DNA from: an uncultured Chryseobacterium sp.
GTDB lineage: Bacteria; Bacteroidota; Bacteroidia; Flavobacteriales_F; PHOS-HE28
Direction: 5' to 3'
Assembly (NCBI GenBank): GCA_964592515.1
Contig: CAZQFG010000001.1
Span: 1 to 58,338 of the forward strand
DNA length: 58,338 nucleotides
Shown here in pieces: positions 17,611 to 26,316 of this stretch (the first letter of the stretch is position 1; every line of letters starts with the position of its first letter). A program made the position numbers and the translations under genes. The notes under the pieces are model-generated. The model had not been told where the DNA came from and did not search any database. It worked only from the letters and a program-made list of their open reading frames with translations.

Positions 17611-19359
17611 CTACACGGGCCGCTGTCCCAACTCCTTCAGTATCCGGCCGATCTCGGCGAAACTGCTGGCCTCGAACTCCAGCGAAGGGCGTTCGTGGGG
17701 TGAAATGGGCTTGCGGCACACATGGGCCCTTCCATCGATCACCGTGTACGCGAAGAGCACGGCCGGTTCGTTGCGTGCAACAGGTGGCGAGGTCAGTTCG
17801 CCCCAGCCGTTGCGGCCCATTTGAAGGATGCTGCGTATGCCCGTGAACACCACGAAGGCCTCGGTCTGCTTGGGGGGCTCGCCTTTCGTGATCACCTGGT
17901 ACTTCTGTGACTCCGGCAGGTTGATGAACCGGTCGCAGTTGATCCACCCCAGCTGTGATGTGCTGAACATGTAGGCGTTCAGTCCGCCCATGTCGGCGGT
18001 GCCCATGCTGTCGGCGCGAAGGGTGTATTGACGCAGGCTCTCGGCCCGCACCGTGGCCCAGTTGGCCACCAACGAGTCGTAGCGGGCCCGTTGGGGAGCA
18101 TACAGCGCATTGTAGCGATCAAGCATTGGGGTGTACACGTCCGCATGCCAGACCGCGTATTCGGCCGCCTTCTGTTCCTGCCATGCGGCCATGCGCTCAT
18201 GGTAGCGCTGCAGACGCTCGGGGAAGCTGTTGCATTCCGCCTCGTAGGTGGCCACCTTGCGTTCGTACTTGGCTATCAGCTCAGCATGCCGTTCCATGGC
18301 CTTGGTGTAGCGTGCTTCGGTCATGCGTTCCACGCGCTTGGGTGCCAGGAAGGCCCACCAGGGGCTGTACGCGGTGTAGCTCTCGCGGCGCGGGGCCACC
18401 GGTTCGCGGGGCATCACGGGGTCCACGGGTTTCACGGGCCTGCCTTTCAGGTCCTGCACGTACACTGGCAGATTGTAAGAGAGGCTCGGTGGTGCGGGGT
18501 AGCGTGGTTCGCGCCAGGTGCTCACCGTTGTTTCCTTCAGGGGCTGGGCCGTGGCTGTCCAATCGGCGCCATCGCTGCTTAGGAAGAGTTCCATGCCCGG
18601 CTTGCGCTGTTGCATGGGCACGGCCACGTTCATGGGCGAAGCTGCGGCGAGGCGCAGGGTGTTGCCATCGGCATCGGTGGCCTGCACGCGCAACATGCCT
18701 CCGGTCTCCAACATGCGTTCGCCACTGCGGGTGCTCAGCTGGTGGGCCAGCATGGCCTGCAGTCCAAGGGCCTCGGTCATTTCCACATGCACGGCACCCT
18801 GCACGGTGCGGCCTTGCGCATCCACGAACGCACCGGCCTCGAAGCGTACCTGCACACCGGCAGTACCCACGATGGTCTGCTCTTGCGTGGGGTCGATGGT
18901 GAAGCGTTGCACGCTGCCCTCCATCAGTGCGCGACGCAGTTCTTCGGTATCGGCGAAGTAGTGGCGCGTGAAGGTCACTTTCACGCGGCGGTTCAGGGCC
19001 ATGCCATTCTCATGGCGGTTGCTGGCCATCGGATCGCGCTCGCCGAAACGGTCCACCGTGATCACCTGCCGATCGGCCCCTTTGTCGGCCAGGTAGTTCG
19101 CAACGGCCTCGGCGCGGGCCAGCGAAAGGGCTTCGTTGTAGGCCAGGTCGCCATCGCTGTCGGTGTGGCCCTGCACCGTGAAACCATGATCGCCGTTCAG
19201 GGTCAGCGTGGCCATCAGGCTATCGAGCTGGGCCATGGTGGCGGGTGTCAGCACGCTCTTGTCCTTATCGAAATGAACGTACAGTTCAACCACGGTGGTG
19301 GTGGCCATACCGAGCGTGGCCAGGAGCAGGCCGAGGAGGAGAAGGAGTGTGCGTGCCAT
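17611..19359 (-). CDS. OmpA-family protein with long uncharacterised C-terminal region
   Basis: Track ORF trimmed to MARTLLLLLGLLLATLG (signal peptide). The OmpA-like peptidoglycan-binding motif is at the N-terminus (GHTDSDGDLAYNEALSLARAEAVANYL ... NRRVKV). The remaining ~430 aa were not recognised. Confidence 0.8.
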   Translation of the reverse strand: MARTLLLLLGLLLATLGMATTTVVELYVHFDKDKSVLTPATMAQLDSLMATLTLNGDHGFTVQGHTDSDGDLAYNEALSLARAEAVANYLADKGADRQVITVDRFGERDPMASNRHENGMALNRRVKVTFTRHYFADTEELRRALMEGSVQRFTIDPTQEQTIVGTAGVQVRFEAGAFVDAQGRTVQGAVHVEMTEALGLQAMLAHQLSTRSGERMLETGGMLRVQATDADGNTLRLAAASPMNVAVPMQQRKPGMELFLSSDGADWTATAQPLKETTVSTWREPRYPAPPSLSYNLPVYVQDLKGRPVKPVDPVMPREPVAPRRESYTAYSPWWAFLAPKRVERMTEARYTKAMERHAELIAKYERKVATYEAECNSFPERLQRYHERMAAWQEQKAAEYAVWHADVYTPMLDRYNALYAPQRARYDSLVANWATVRAESLRQYTLRADSMGTADMGGLNAYMFSTSQLGWINCDRFINLPESQKYQVITKGEPPKQTEAFVVFTGIRSILQMGRNGWGELTSPPVARNEPAVLFAYTVIDGRAHVCRKPISPHERPSLEFEASSFAEIGRILKELGQRPV

Positions 19360-19489
19360 GGGTCTGGGTTTTGGGTCGTTCGTTCGTTGGCGTGGTCGCC
19401 CTTTGACCTTTAATGCAGGCCTTGCCAAAAGGTGACCCCCACCCCGCATAGAACGCTGCGGATGGTGTTCCGCATACTAGCTTCGGATC

Positions 19490-20350
19490 ATGGCGCGCGA
19501 TATCCATGCCCCCGATGCGCAGGGCTTTATTCCTGGTGTGTACAACTACTGCGACCGGCGTTGCGAGCGGTGTCGTTTCGTACGTCAATGCCGCGTGGGT
19601 GCCGTGGATGTGGACGATGTGGGCGAGGCCGAGGACGCCGTGGCCAGCGGGCGTCCCGAGGACCTGCGCGAACGCCTGATGAAGCTGATGAACAGGCCGC
19701 CATCGGAAGAGGATGATGAGGACGAGGAGGAAGATGCCGACGAAGAGGACGAGGAGGATGGGTTCGAGCTTGACCACGAACCTGCCGATCTGGAGCCCAC
19801 GGAAGAGGAGCTGCGCGAGCAAGAGAACGTAAGGAAGGCCGTAAAGGCACATCCGCTATCCACCATGGGCATGGCCTACATGGACCTTGTGGACGAATGG
19901 CTGGACCCGCGTGAAGAGATGCTCACTTCCAAGGGCATCCTGGTCCACCGCCGGCAGGAGCTGAGCCTGGCCGCAGCGATGCGATCACCGGAAGCGTTGG
20001 TGCTCAGTGAGGCCCTGGACGAGATCGGTTGGTTCAAGACCATGCTGCACGTGAAATGCCAGCGCGCCATTCGCGGCAAGTTGGAGGACACCGGTTGGAT
20101 GAAGGCCGTGGACATGGATCCCCTGCAAAGCGATTGGAACGGCACCGCCAAACTGTGCTTCGAGATCGTGCAACGCTGCGTGGCCGCGTGGGAGACCGTG
20201 GCGGAGCTGATGCCCGAGGAGGCCGATCAGTTGGTGGCCATCAACGAGTTGCTCCGCCGCGTGGATGAAGAACTACGGAAGGAGTTCCCCGATGCGCAAC
20301 GATTCATCAGGGCCGGTTGGGATGCACCGGATCAGCCTTCCGCCAGGTAG
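19490..20350 (+). CDS. Hypothetical protein with N-terminal four-Cys cluster and poly-acidic tract
   Basis: CDRRCERCRFVRQC (C-x3-C-x2-C-x5-C) at residues 21-34, EEDDEDEEEDADEEDEEDG at about residues 73-91, and a helical C-terminal half. Coding-like GC3. No family recognised. Confidence 0.6.
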   Translation: MARDIHAPDAQGFIPGVYNYCDRRCERCRFVRQCRVGAVDVDDVGEAEDAVASGRPEDLRERLMKLMNRPPSEEDDEDEEEDADEEDEEDGFELDHEPADLEPTEEELREQENVRKAVKAHPLSTMGMAYMDLVDEWLDPREEMLTSKGILVHRRQELSLAAAMRSPEALVLSEALDEIGWFKTMLHVKCQRAIRGKLEDTGWMKAVDMDPLQSDWNGTAKLCFEIVQRCVAAWETVAELMPEEADQLVAINELLRRVDEELRKEFPDAQRFIRAGWDAPDQPSAR

Positions 20351-20931
20351 AGCGCGGCACCTACCAGCCAGGTGAGCAGGAAGCTGAGGTAGGCCAGTCG
20401 CAGCGGCAGGTACTTACGGCGCGATATGAAGCGGCCGTGCGCGTGCAGCTCTTCCAGGATGGCATCGTGCGTGCGCGGTGGCGAGCTCATCACATGGTGC
20501 ATGTGCCGCTTGAACTCGGGCAGGCTCAGTTGGATGAAGTTGGTGAAGTGCAGGATATTGAAGGGTACCTGCGTGCTGCCGGTGTCCGGCATTTCCTTCT
20601 GGATCAACGGGCTCTTCGGCACCGTGGACCAAGCGCTCAGAATGATGGTCGTAAGCGCACCGATCGCGATCACCCAATAATGTGCGGCCGGTCCTGTGAG
20701 CGAATGGTCGGAGACCTTCACCAGGGCGAACTGCAGCATAACGGCCGAAAGCGTCAACATCAGGTTAGCCTTCAGGTCGCTCATCTGGCTCGCGGTCATC
20801 AGGTTCCACCGCGTTTGCATCAGCAGCTGGTCGCGATGGTCCGCGATGTAGGGGTCCACATCCTCGTACCGCATCGGCATAGGCTGTCCACTGGGTACAG
20901 GCTCGTTCGCTGCGGGGGCATTGCTCTCCAT
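20332..20931 (-). CDS. Stand-alone DUF5706 / Pycsar-effector-type transmembrane protein
   Basis: SDLKANLMLTLSAVM, STVPKSP, NILHFTNFIQLSLPEFKRHM and RRKYLPLRLAYLSFLL match, block for block, the TM module I recall from HD-DUF5706 fusions and Pycsar TM effectors. No HD domain is present here. Confidence 0.7.
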   Translation of the reverse strand: MESNAPAANEPVPSGQPMPMRYEDVDPYIADHRDQLLMQTRWNLMTASQMSDLKANLMLTLSAVMLQFALVKVSDHSLTGPAAHYWVIAIGALTTIILSAWSTVPKSPLIQKEMPDTGSTQVPFNILHFTNFIQLSLPEFKRHMHHVMSSPPRTHDAILEELHAHGRFISRRKYLPLRLAYLSFLLTWLVGAALYLAEG

Positions 20932-20995
20932 GTCGGTGCTGTTTAGCGCCCGACAAGGTAGTACGCTGTCGAATAGTCGCTGTTCGGTGCAACGC

Positions 20996-22576
20996 TCAGC
21001 GCACCTTCAGCAGGCTGCGCACTTGTTGCACGCCTTCGTTCTGAAGACGGGCGTAGTACACCCCTGCTGGCAACGGTCCGAGTTCCACGTCCACCTTGTG
21101 CACACCTGCGGGCATGGGCTGGTTGAGCACGGTCTGCAACAACTGCCCTTGCTCGTTGAACACCTGGATCAACACGCTGCCGCCGTTGCTGGAGAACTCC
21201 AACGTGGTACGTTCGCTGAAGGGGTTCGGGTAGGCCTGTATCAAACTATCGCCCGCACGTTGGTTGATGGCATGCACGCCCGTGCCCAGACATCCACTGG
21301 GGTCAATGAGTTCCAAAGGTTGATAGGTCTCGAGCAATACGTTGTCGATATCACTGTCCGAGAGGCAGAACCAATCCTTCAGCACGCTGGCATATACCGA
21401 CCGGAAGTCATACTGCATGGCCAGGTTGGTCTGGAACGTGGCGTTGGCCGGTATTTCCGGGTTGGTACCGGTGATGCCTGGGATCACCTTGCTGCCGAAC
21501 AGGAACATGGGTTGTGCGCTGCCATGGTCGGTGCCCAGGGAGGCGTTGTCCACAATGCGTCGCCCGAACTCACTGAAGGTCATTCCCATCACGCGGTCCT
21601 CCAGGTCCAGCAGTTGCAGGTCGTCCTGGAAGGCATGGATGGCATCGCTCAGTCCTTTCAGCAGGTCGGCGTGGTTGCCCAGTGTGTGGTCGCTGGCCAC
21701 AACTTGCTGCGCGTGCGTATCGAAACCACCGATGCTCACCCAATAGATCTTGGTCTTCAGCCCCCCGCAGATCAGTTGGGCCACGATCTTCAATGCGGCT
21801 GCGAGCTCGGCGCCGGGCTCATTGCCGGTGGGGTAGAGGGTGCTCTGGTTGCAACCCGACACGGCCGCCGCTTCGATCACATCGCCATAGAGGTCGGTCT
21901 GGCGTTGCACCTGGCGCACGAAGTCGAGCTTGCCGCCGCTGCACAGCGCGCTGGCCGGGTCGTTATAGATGTTGCCCGTCAGGTTGAGCGGGTCGTCGGT
22001 GTTGAAGATGGCCGTGCCCATGCTCACACCCATGTATTGCAGGCCGGGCCCCACCACGCCGCCAACGCGAATGGCCAGCGGGTCGGGCATGTCGTCATTG
22101 GGATAGCCTGCAGGAAAGTTCGGATACTCAAGGTTCAGGTAGCGCCCTGTCCAGCCTGAGCTGAGCAATTGGTCGCTGTTGGCGCCGGTCTCGTAGATGT
22201 CGGTGGCGCGGAAGTGCGAGAAGTTGGGTTCGGGGTAGCTCACGCCCTGCACGATGCGCAGCTTGCCATCCTCCCACAGCTCGCGCAGCCCGCCCATGGA
22301 GGGGTGGAAGGCGGTGCTGGAAGTACCGGTGAGCGAAAGCGTGGCGCTCTGCGGGATCAGCACGTTGGGCCGTTTGGTGGCCAGCACGTTGTACTGGTCC
22401 AGCGGGATCACGGTGTTCAGTCCGTCGTTGCCACCGAACAACTGCACGATCACCAGCACGCGGTCCTCGGTATCCGAACTGCGCAATGCTCCCAGCAATG
22501 GGCTGGCAAGGCCTTGCACAGTGAACCCACCGATGGTGGCCGCGGCAGAACTGCGAAGGAAGTTTCTTCTGTTCAT
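20996..22576 (-). CDS. DUF1501 (sulfatase-fold) protein with twin-arginine signal and T9SS C-terminal domain
   Basis: MNRRNFLRSSAAATIGG is a near-consensus Tat motif. FGGNDGLNTVIP and IGGFDTH are DUF1501 hallmarks. YPNPFSE...GVYYARL is a T9SS CTD. Confidence 0.85.
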   Translation of the reverse strand: MNRRNFLRSSAAATIGGFTVQGLASPLLGALRSSDTEDRVLVIVQLFGGNDGLNTVIPLDQYNVLATKRPNVLIPQSATLSLTGTSSTAFHPSMGGLRELWEDGKLRIVQGVSYPEPNFSHFRATDIYETGANSDQLLSSGWTGRYLNLEYPNFPAGYPNDDMPDPLAIRVGGVVGPGLQYMGVSMGTAIFNTDDPLNLTGNIYNDPASALCSGGKLDFVRQVQRQTDLYGDVIEAAAVSGCNQSTLYPTGNEPGAELAAALKIVAQLICGGLKTKIYWVSIGGFDTHAQQVVASDHTLGNHADLLKGLSDAIHAFQDDLQLLDLEDRVMGMTFSEFGRRIVDNASLGTDHGSAQPMFLFGSKVIPGITGTNPEIPANATFQTNLAMQYDFRSVYASVLKDWFCLSDSDIDNVLLETYQPLELIDPSGCLGTGVHAINQRAGDSLIQAYPNPFSERTTLEFSSNGGSVLIQVFNEQGQLLQTVLNQPMPAGVHKVDVELGPLPAGVYYARLQNEGVQQVRSLLKVR

Positions 22577-22581
22577 GGCGT

Positions 22582-24252
22582 TCAGTGGAGTTGGGTTTCA
22601 GCAGCACCTGACATGTCGAGAAAGAGCCACAGCAGCAGGCTGGGCACCAGTTGTGCCGTCATGTTCGTGGTGTTCGGGTCGTTCACGTAGATCTCGTAGG
22701 CATCGGTCCAATACACATCGCTCTGCTGACCGAGCAGCAGGTAGCTTGTCTTCAACTGGTTGCGCACGGTGGTTGAAATGGGCAGTGCCATCAATAGTTC
22801 CGCCGCTTCGGCCACCACCACGTTCGAGTCCATGGCGTTGCTGAACTGGCCCACCAACTGCACCAGGTCCACCTTGAAGAGGAGGTTCCTGCTTTCCACC
22901 TGATACAGGTTGTTGGGGGTGGAGAAGCCAGTGTACAGGATGCCTTGCAAACTGAAATTGCGCGCCGGATAGGTGGCGGTGTCCAGCCAGATGTCGTCGT
23001 AGCTGGGGAATTGGTAGTAGGCCGGCCAGCCTGCCACGTTCGGCGGGTTCAGCAGTTCCTGGCCGCAGTAGGCCGTCAGCCAATAGATGTCGCGCCACAC
23101 GCGATATTGTGCCTCGAACTGCTGTGGCGTGGGCATCGGCATGTTCAGCTTGCGGATGGACCCGATAACCAGGTCGGCGGGGCTCATCACCATGCATGCC
23201 CGGATCTGCTCGCTGAAAAAGTGTTCGCTGGTGAGCAGTGCACGCACTACGGTGCGCAGTTGGTCCGGCGCGGTGGCATTGTCGCGGAACAATTGGGCCA
23301 GTGGTACGATCACCTCCGCCTCCGCGCTCGCATCGATCTCGCCGTGCACGAAGAAGCGATAGAGCTCGCGGCAGATGAAGAGCGAGACCTCCTCTTTCGC
23401 GAAGATCATGTCCAGCAAGGCGTTCAGCTCGGTGGCCCCGGCCTCTGCGCCGGTCTGTCCCTGGATCACCGTGTTGTTGAAGAAGCCGCTGAACTGCTTG
23501 TTGGTGGTGTCGTGCTGGTTGGGCCGGAAAAGTGTGAAGGGCAGAACTACCGTTCCCGCGATATCGGTCTCGCGCACGGTCCATCCGGTAAGCACGCGGG
23601 CCGCTGCCTGAACATCGCTCTCGGTGTATCCACTGCCTTCGCCCAGCGTGAACAGCTCCATCAGCTCGCGGGCATAGTTCTCATCGGGTGCGGTAACGGT
23701 GTTCTGGTTGCCGTTGAGGTAGATGAGCATGGCCCCGCTGGTGCTTACCTCGTACATCAATTGGCGGAAGTTGCCCAGGGCATGCGTGCGCAACAATTGG
23801 TCGTACTCGTAGCTGAGCCGCGGGTTGAACACCTGGAACACCTGTGTGGGCATGTGGTTGCCCCAGAACAGCACCAGCTTCTCGCGCAGGGTACGGTCCT
23901 GTTGCACCATCAGGCCCGTGCGCCACCACATGTAGCTCTGCACGCGGGCTCCGGTGAGCGCCGTCAGCTCCTCATCGTTGTTGCCATAGCGTACGGTGTC
24001 CACCCACGTACTGCCGAAGGGGACCTGCGGATCCACGGCATTGGGGTCGGGTGAGTTCGTAGGGCCTGCGGTGTAGGCCTTGATCGGTGGCGCCGTGTCG
24101 TTGGTGAAGTTGAGCAGCGCGTCAACCACCTGGTCCAACGAGCTGCCATTGAAATGGGCGAGGTCGGCGTTGGAGCAGCCGAACAGGGTGCGTCTGACCA
24201 AGTGGGTCAGTTCCGGTCTGCCGAACGGTCCGGAATAGGGTGTGAGTGGCAT
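22582..24252 (-). CDS. DUF1800 domain protein
   Basis: Classic partner located immediately upstream of DUF1501. Motifs LVLFWGNHM, ELMELFTLG and NPPNVAGW. Track ORF trimmed to Met at 24252. Confidence 0.8.
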   Translation of the reverse strand: MPLTPYSGPFGRPELTHLVRRTLFGCSNADLAHFNGSSLDQVVDALLNFTNDTAPPIKAYTAGPTNSPDPNAVDPQVPFGSTWVDTVRYGNNDEELTALTGARVQSYMWWRTGLMVQQDRTLREKLVLFWGNHMPTQVFQVFNPRLSYEYDQLLRTHALGNFRQLMYEVSTSGAMLIYLNGNQNTVTAPDENYARELMELFTLGEGSGYTESDVQAAARVLTGWTVRETDIAGTVVLPFTLFRPNQHDTTNKQFSGFFNNTVIQGQTGAEAGATELNALLDMIFAKEEVSLFICRELYRFFVHGEIDASAEAEVIVPLAQLFRDNATAPDQLRTVVRALLTSEHFFSEQIRACMVMSPADLVIGSIRKLNMPMPTPQQFEAQYRVWRDIYWLTAYCGQELLNPPNVAGWPAYYQFPSYDDIWLDTATYPARNFSLQGILYTGFSTPNNLYQVESRNLLFKVDLVQLVGQFSNAMDSNVVVAEAAELLMALPISTTVRNQLKTSYLLLGQQSDVYWTDAYEIYVNDPNTTNMTAQLVPSLLLWLFLDMSGAAETQLH

Positions 24253-24433
24253 GCGAATGTGTGGACTTTCGGGGTTGGGACACCGGAAGTGATCGAAAGT
24301 TAGATCGGTGTGCCCGGTCCGGTCCATCCACATTCGACGGAATGCCCTCCGCCCGCTGTTGAAATGTGCCGGACGGTTGATTAGCACGCCATGAGGTGCA
24401 CCTCACTCGGCGTGCGCATGCGATCTTCGGGCC

Positions 24434-25195
24434 ATGAAACTCGTTTCGTTCAATGTGAACGGCATCCGCGCCAGTGTGGGCAAAGGCCTGCACGATACGC
24501 TGCGCCAGCTCGATGCCGATGTCATCTGCTTTCAGGAGACCAAGGCCACGCCCGAACAGGTGGCCACTGCGCTGTCCGGTGTGAACGGCTATCACGTGAA
24601 CGCCTATGGAGCGGTGAAGCCGGGCTACAGCGGAACGGCCATCGCCAGCAAGGAGAAGCCCACGCAGGTCCATTTCGGGATCGGCATGCCAGGGCACGAT
24701 GATGAAGGCCGCGTGGTCACCTGCACGTTCAGCGATGTGATGGTGGTCTGCGTGTACACCCCCAACAGCGGCGAAGGCATGAAGCGCCTCGGTTATCGCG
24801 GCGAATGGGACGAGGCCTTCCGTACCTACGTGAACAAGCTGGCCAAGGGCAAGCTTCCGGTCATCGTTACCGGTGATCTCAATGTGGCGCACCAGCCCAT
24901 CGACATTGCCCGGCCCAAGGAGAACTACAACAAGACCAGCGGCTACACGCAGCAGGAGATCGATGGCCTGAGCGCCCTGCTCACTTCCGGCTGGGTGGAC
25001 ACCTTCCGGCATCTGCATCCCGACGTGGTGAAGTACAGCTGGTGGAGCCAGCGCTTCGGTGCACGCGCCAAGAACGTGGGTTGGCGCATCGACTATGTGC
25101 TCGTGACCAAAGGATTCGAGAAGAAGGTGAAGGAAGCCTTCATCCTGAACGAGGTAATGGGCAGCGACCATTGCCCGGTGGGGATCGTGTGGTAG
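24434..25195 (+). CDS. xth: Exodeoxyribonuclease III
   Basis: MKLVSFNVNGIRA, ICFQETK, GDLNVAH, SDHCPV: the full set of EEP/ExoIII motifs. Confidence 0.95.
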   Translation: MKLVSFNVNGIRASVGKGLHDTLRQLDADVICFQETKATPEQVATALSGVNGYHVNAYGAVKPGYSGTAIASKEKPTQVHFGIGMPGHDDEGRVVTCTFSDVMVVCVYTPNSGEGMKRLGYRGEWDEAFRTYVNKLAKGKLPVIVTGDLNVAHQPIDIARPKENYNKTSGYTQQEIDGLSALLTSGWVDTFRHLHPDVVKYSWWSQRFGARAKNVGWRIDYVLVTKGFEKKVKEAFILNEVMGSDHCPVGIVW

Positions 25196-25267
25196 CTGTC
25201 ACTCCGGACTTGACCTGGGGTCGCGAGCATGAGAAACAAATGAAGAGGTGATCCAGGACCGAATAGA

Positions 25268-25681
25268 ATGAAGAACCTCCTTCGACTGGAAGAGCTTGCG
25301 CAGTTCCTAGCGTGCTTGATCACATTTATCGTTATCAGTGCGCCATGGTGGGTCTATGTTCTGCTGATCATTGGTCCGGACATTGGGATGTTGGGTTACC
25401 TCGTGAGCAATAGGGTAGGAGCTGTTTCGTACAACTTGCTCCATCACAAGCTGATCGCTATTGTCGTAGGTCTGTTAGTGCCCTATTTGATCCACGAGTT
25501 TGCGGCTACTGATGGATGGATCGAGGGTCTTTACAGCCCAGCCGTGTATGGTGGTATCATCCTTTACGGCCACGCCAGCATGGACCGCATCTTCGGCTAC
25601 GGCCTGAAGTTCGGCGACAACTTCCACCACACGCATCTCGGTTGGATCGGTAAGCTCAAAGGGAAAGAGCAGGAGAATTAG
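25268..25681 (+). CDS. DUF4260 membrane protein
   Basis: 137 aa. GPDIGMLGYL ... YNLLHHK ... DRIFGYGLK fits DUF4260. The first two thirds are visibly AT-richer than the neighbours. Confidence 0.7.
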   Translation: MKNLLRLEELAQFLACLITFIVISAPWWVYVLLIIGPDIGMLGYLVSNRVGAVSYNLLHHKLIAIVVGLLVPYLIHEFAATDGWIEGLYSPAVYGGIILYGHASMDRIFGYGLKFGDNFHHTHLGWIGKLKGKEQEN

Positions 25682-25690
25682 TCATTCACT

Positions 25691-25717
25691 GCCAACAGTC
25701 TACCGCCAACTGTCTAC
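25691..25717 (+). promoter_or_regulatory. Two near-identical 13-bp direct repeats (GCCAACAGTCTAC / GCCAACTGTCTAC) 14-40 bp upstream of the glutamine amidotransferase start
   Basis: Read directly at 25691-25703 and 25705-25717, 12/13 identical, 14-bp register. Confidence 0.35.
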
Positions 25718-25730
25718 TGCTCACTTACGA

Positions 25731-26294
25731 ATGCGCCTCCTCCTCCTCGACAATTACGACAGCTTCACGTGGAACCTGCACCACCTGCTGGAACCGCATG
25801 CCGAGGTGGATGTGTTCCTCAACGATGCCATCACCGTGGACGAGGCCGCGCGTTACGACCGTATCGTGCTCTCCCCCGGACCAGGGCTCCCTTCGGAAGC
25901 CGGCATCATGATGGACCTTCTGGTGAAGTTGATGCCTACGCATCCCATCCTTGGTGTCTGCTTGGGCATGCAGGCCATTGTGGAAGTGTGCGGAGGTTCG
26001 CTCTACAACCAGGAGCGCGTCATGCACGGTGTCGCTGTTCCCTGTGTGCCCGAAGAACCACGCGACCCGTTGTTCGCCGATCTGCCAGTGCGTTTTGATG
26101 TCGGACTGTACCACAGCTGGGCCGCGGATCCTGAAACACTGCCCTCTTCACTTCGCGCAACGGCCCACAGCGAGCAGGGCGTGATCATGGCCATACGTCA
26201 TTACACCCACCCGGTTTGTGGCGTGCAGTTCCATCCGGAAAGTGTGCTCACGCCCATGGGGGGGCGCATCATCACCAACTGGTTGGCGCAGTGA
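25731..26294 (+). CDS. Anthranilate / aminodeoxychorismate synthase component II (class-I glutamine amidotransferase, TrpG/PabA)
   Basis: LLLDNYDSFTWNL, GVCLGMQAI (catalytic Cys), VQFHPESV. No trpE/pabB in the window, so the pathway assignment stays open. Confidence 0.9.
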   Translation: MRLLLLDNYDSFTWNLHHLLEPHAEVDVFLNDAITVDEAARYDRIVLSPGPGLPSEAGIMMDLLVKLMPTHPILGVCLGMQAIVEVCGGSLYNQERVMHGVAVPCVPEEPRDPLFADLPVRFDVGLYHSWAADPETLPSSLRATAHSEQGVIMAIRHYTHPVCGVQFHPESVLTPMGGRIITNWLAQ

Positions 26295-26316
26295 TCGGTC
26301 CTTTGGACGAACGATC

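Noticed and set aside
19550-19591. C-x3-C-x2-C spacing, reminiscent of the radical-SAM cluster motif
   Set aside because: The protein is short. The motif is followed by a poly-acidic tract and helices rather than a TIM-barrel-like region with GGE-type motifs, so I treat it only as a generic metal or Fe-S cluster candidate.
19490-20931. Calling this a complete Pycsar defence system
   Set aside because: No pyrimidine or other nucleotide cyclase is present in the window. The same TM module also occurs in non-defence HD-fusion proteins.
20921-22159. 412-aa plus-strand ORF opposite the DUF1501 gene
   Set aside because: Shadow ORF. The minus strand shows the Tat signal, DUF1501 motifs and the CTD.
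24290-24310. Recurrence of TAGATC-containing words (GTTAGATCGG here and at 55226-55235; TAGATCAG at about 48263 and 48318) in intergenic regions
   Set aside because: A 6-mer of this composition is expected roughly 8 times per strand in 58 kb, and AT-richer intergenic DNA inflates that count. This is not enough evidence for a shared regulatory motif.
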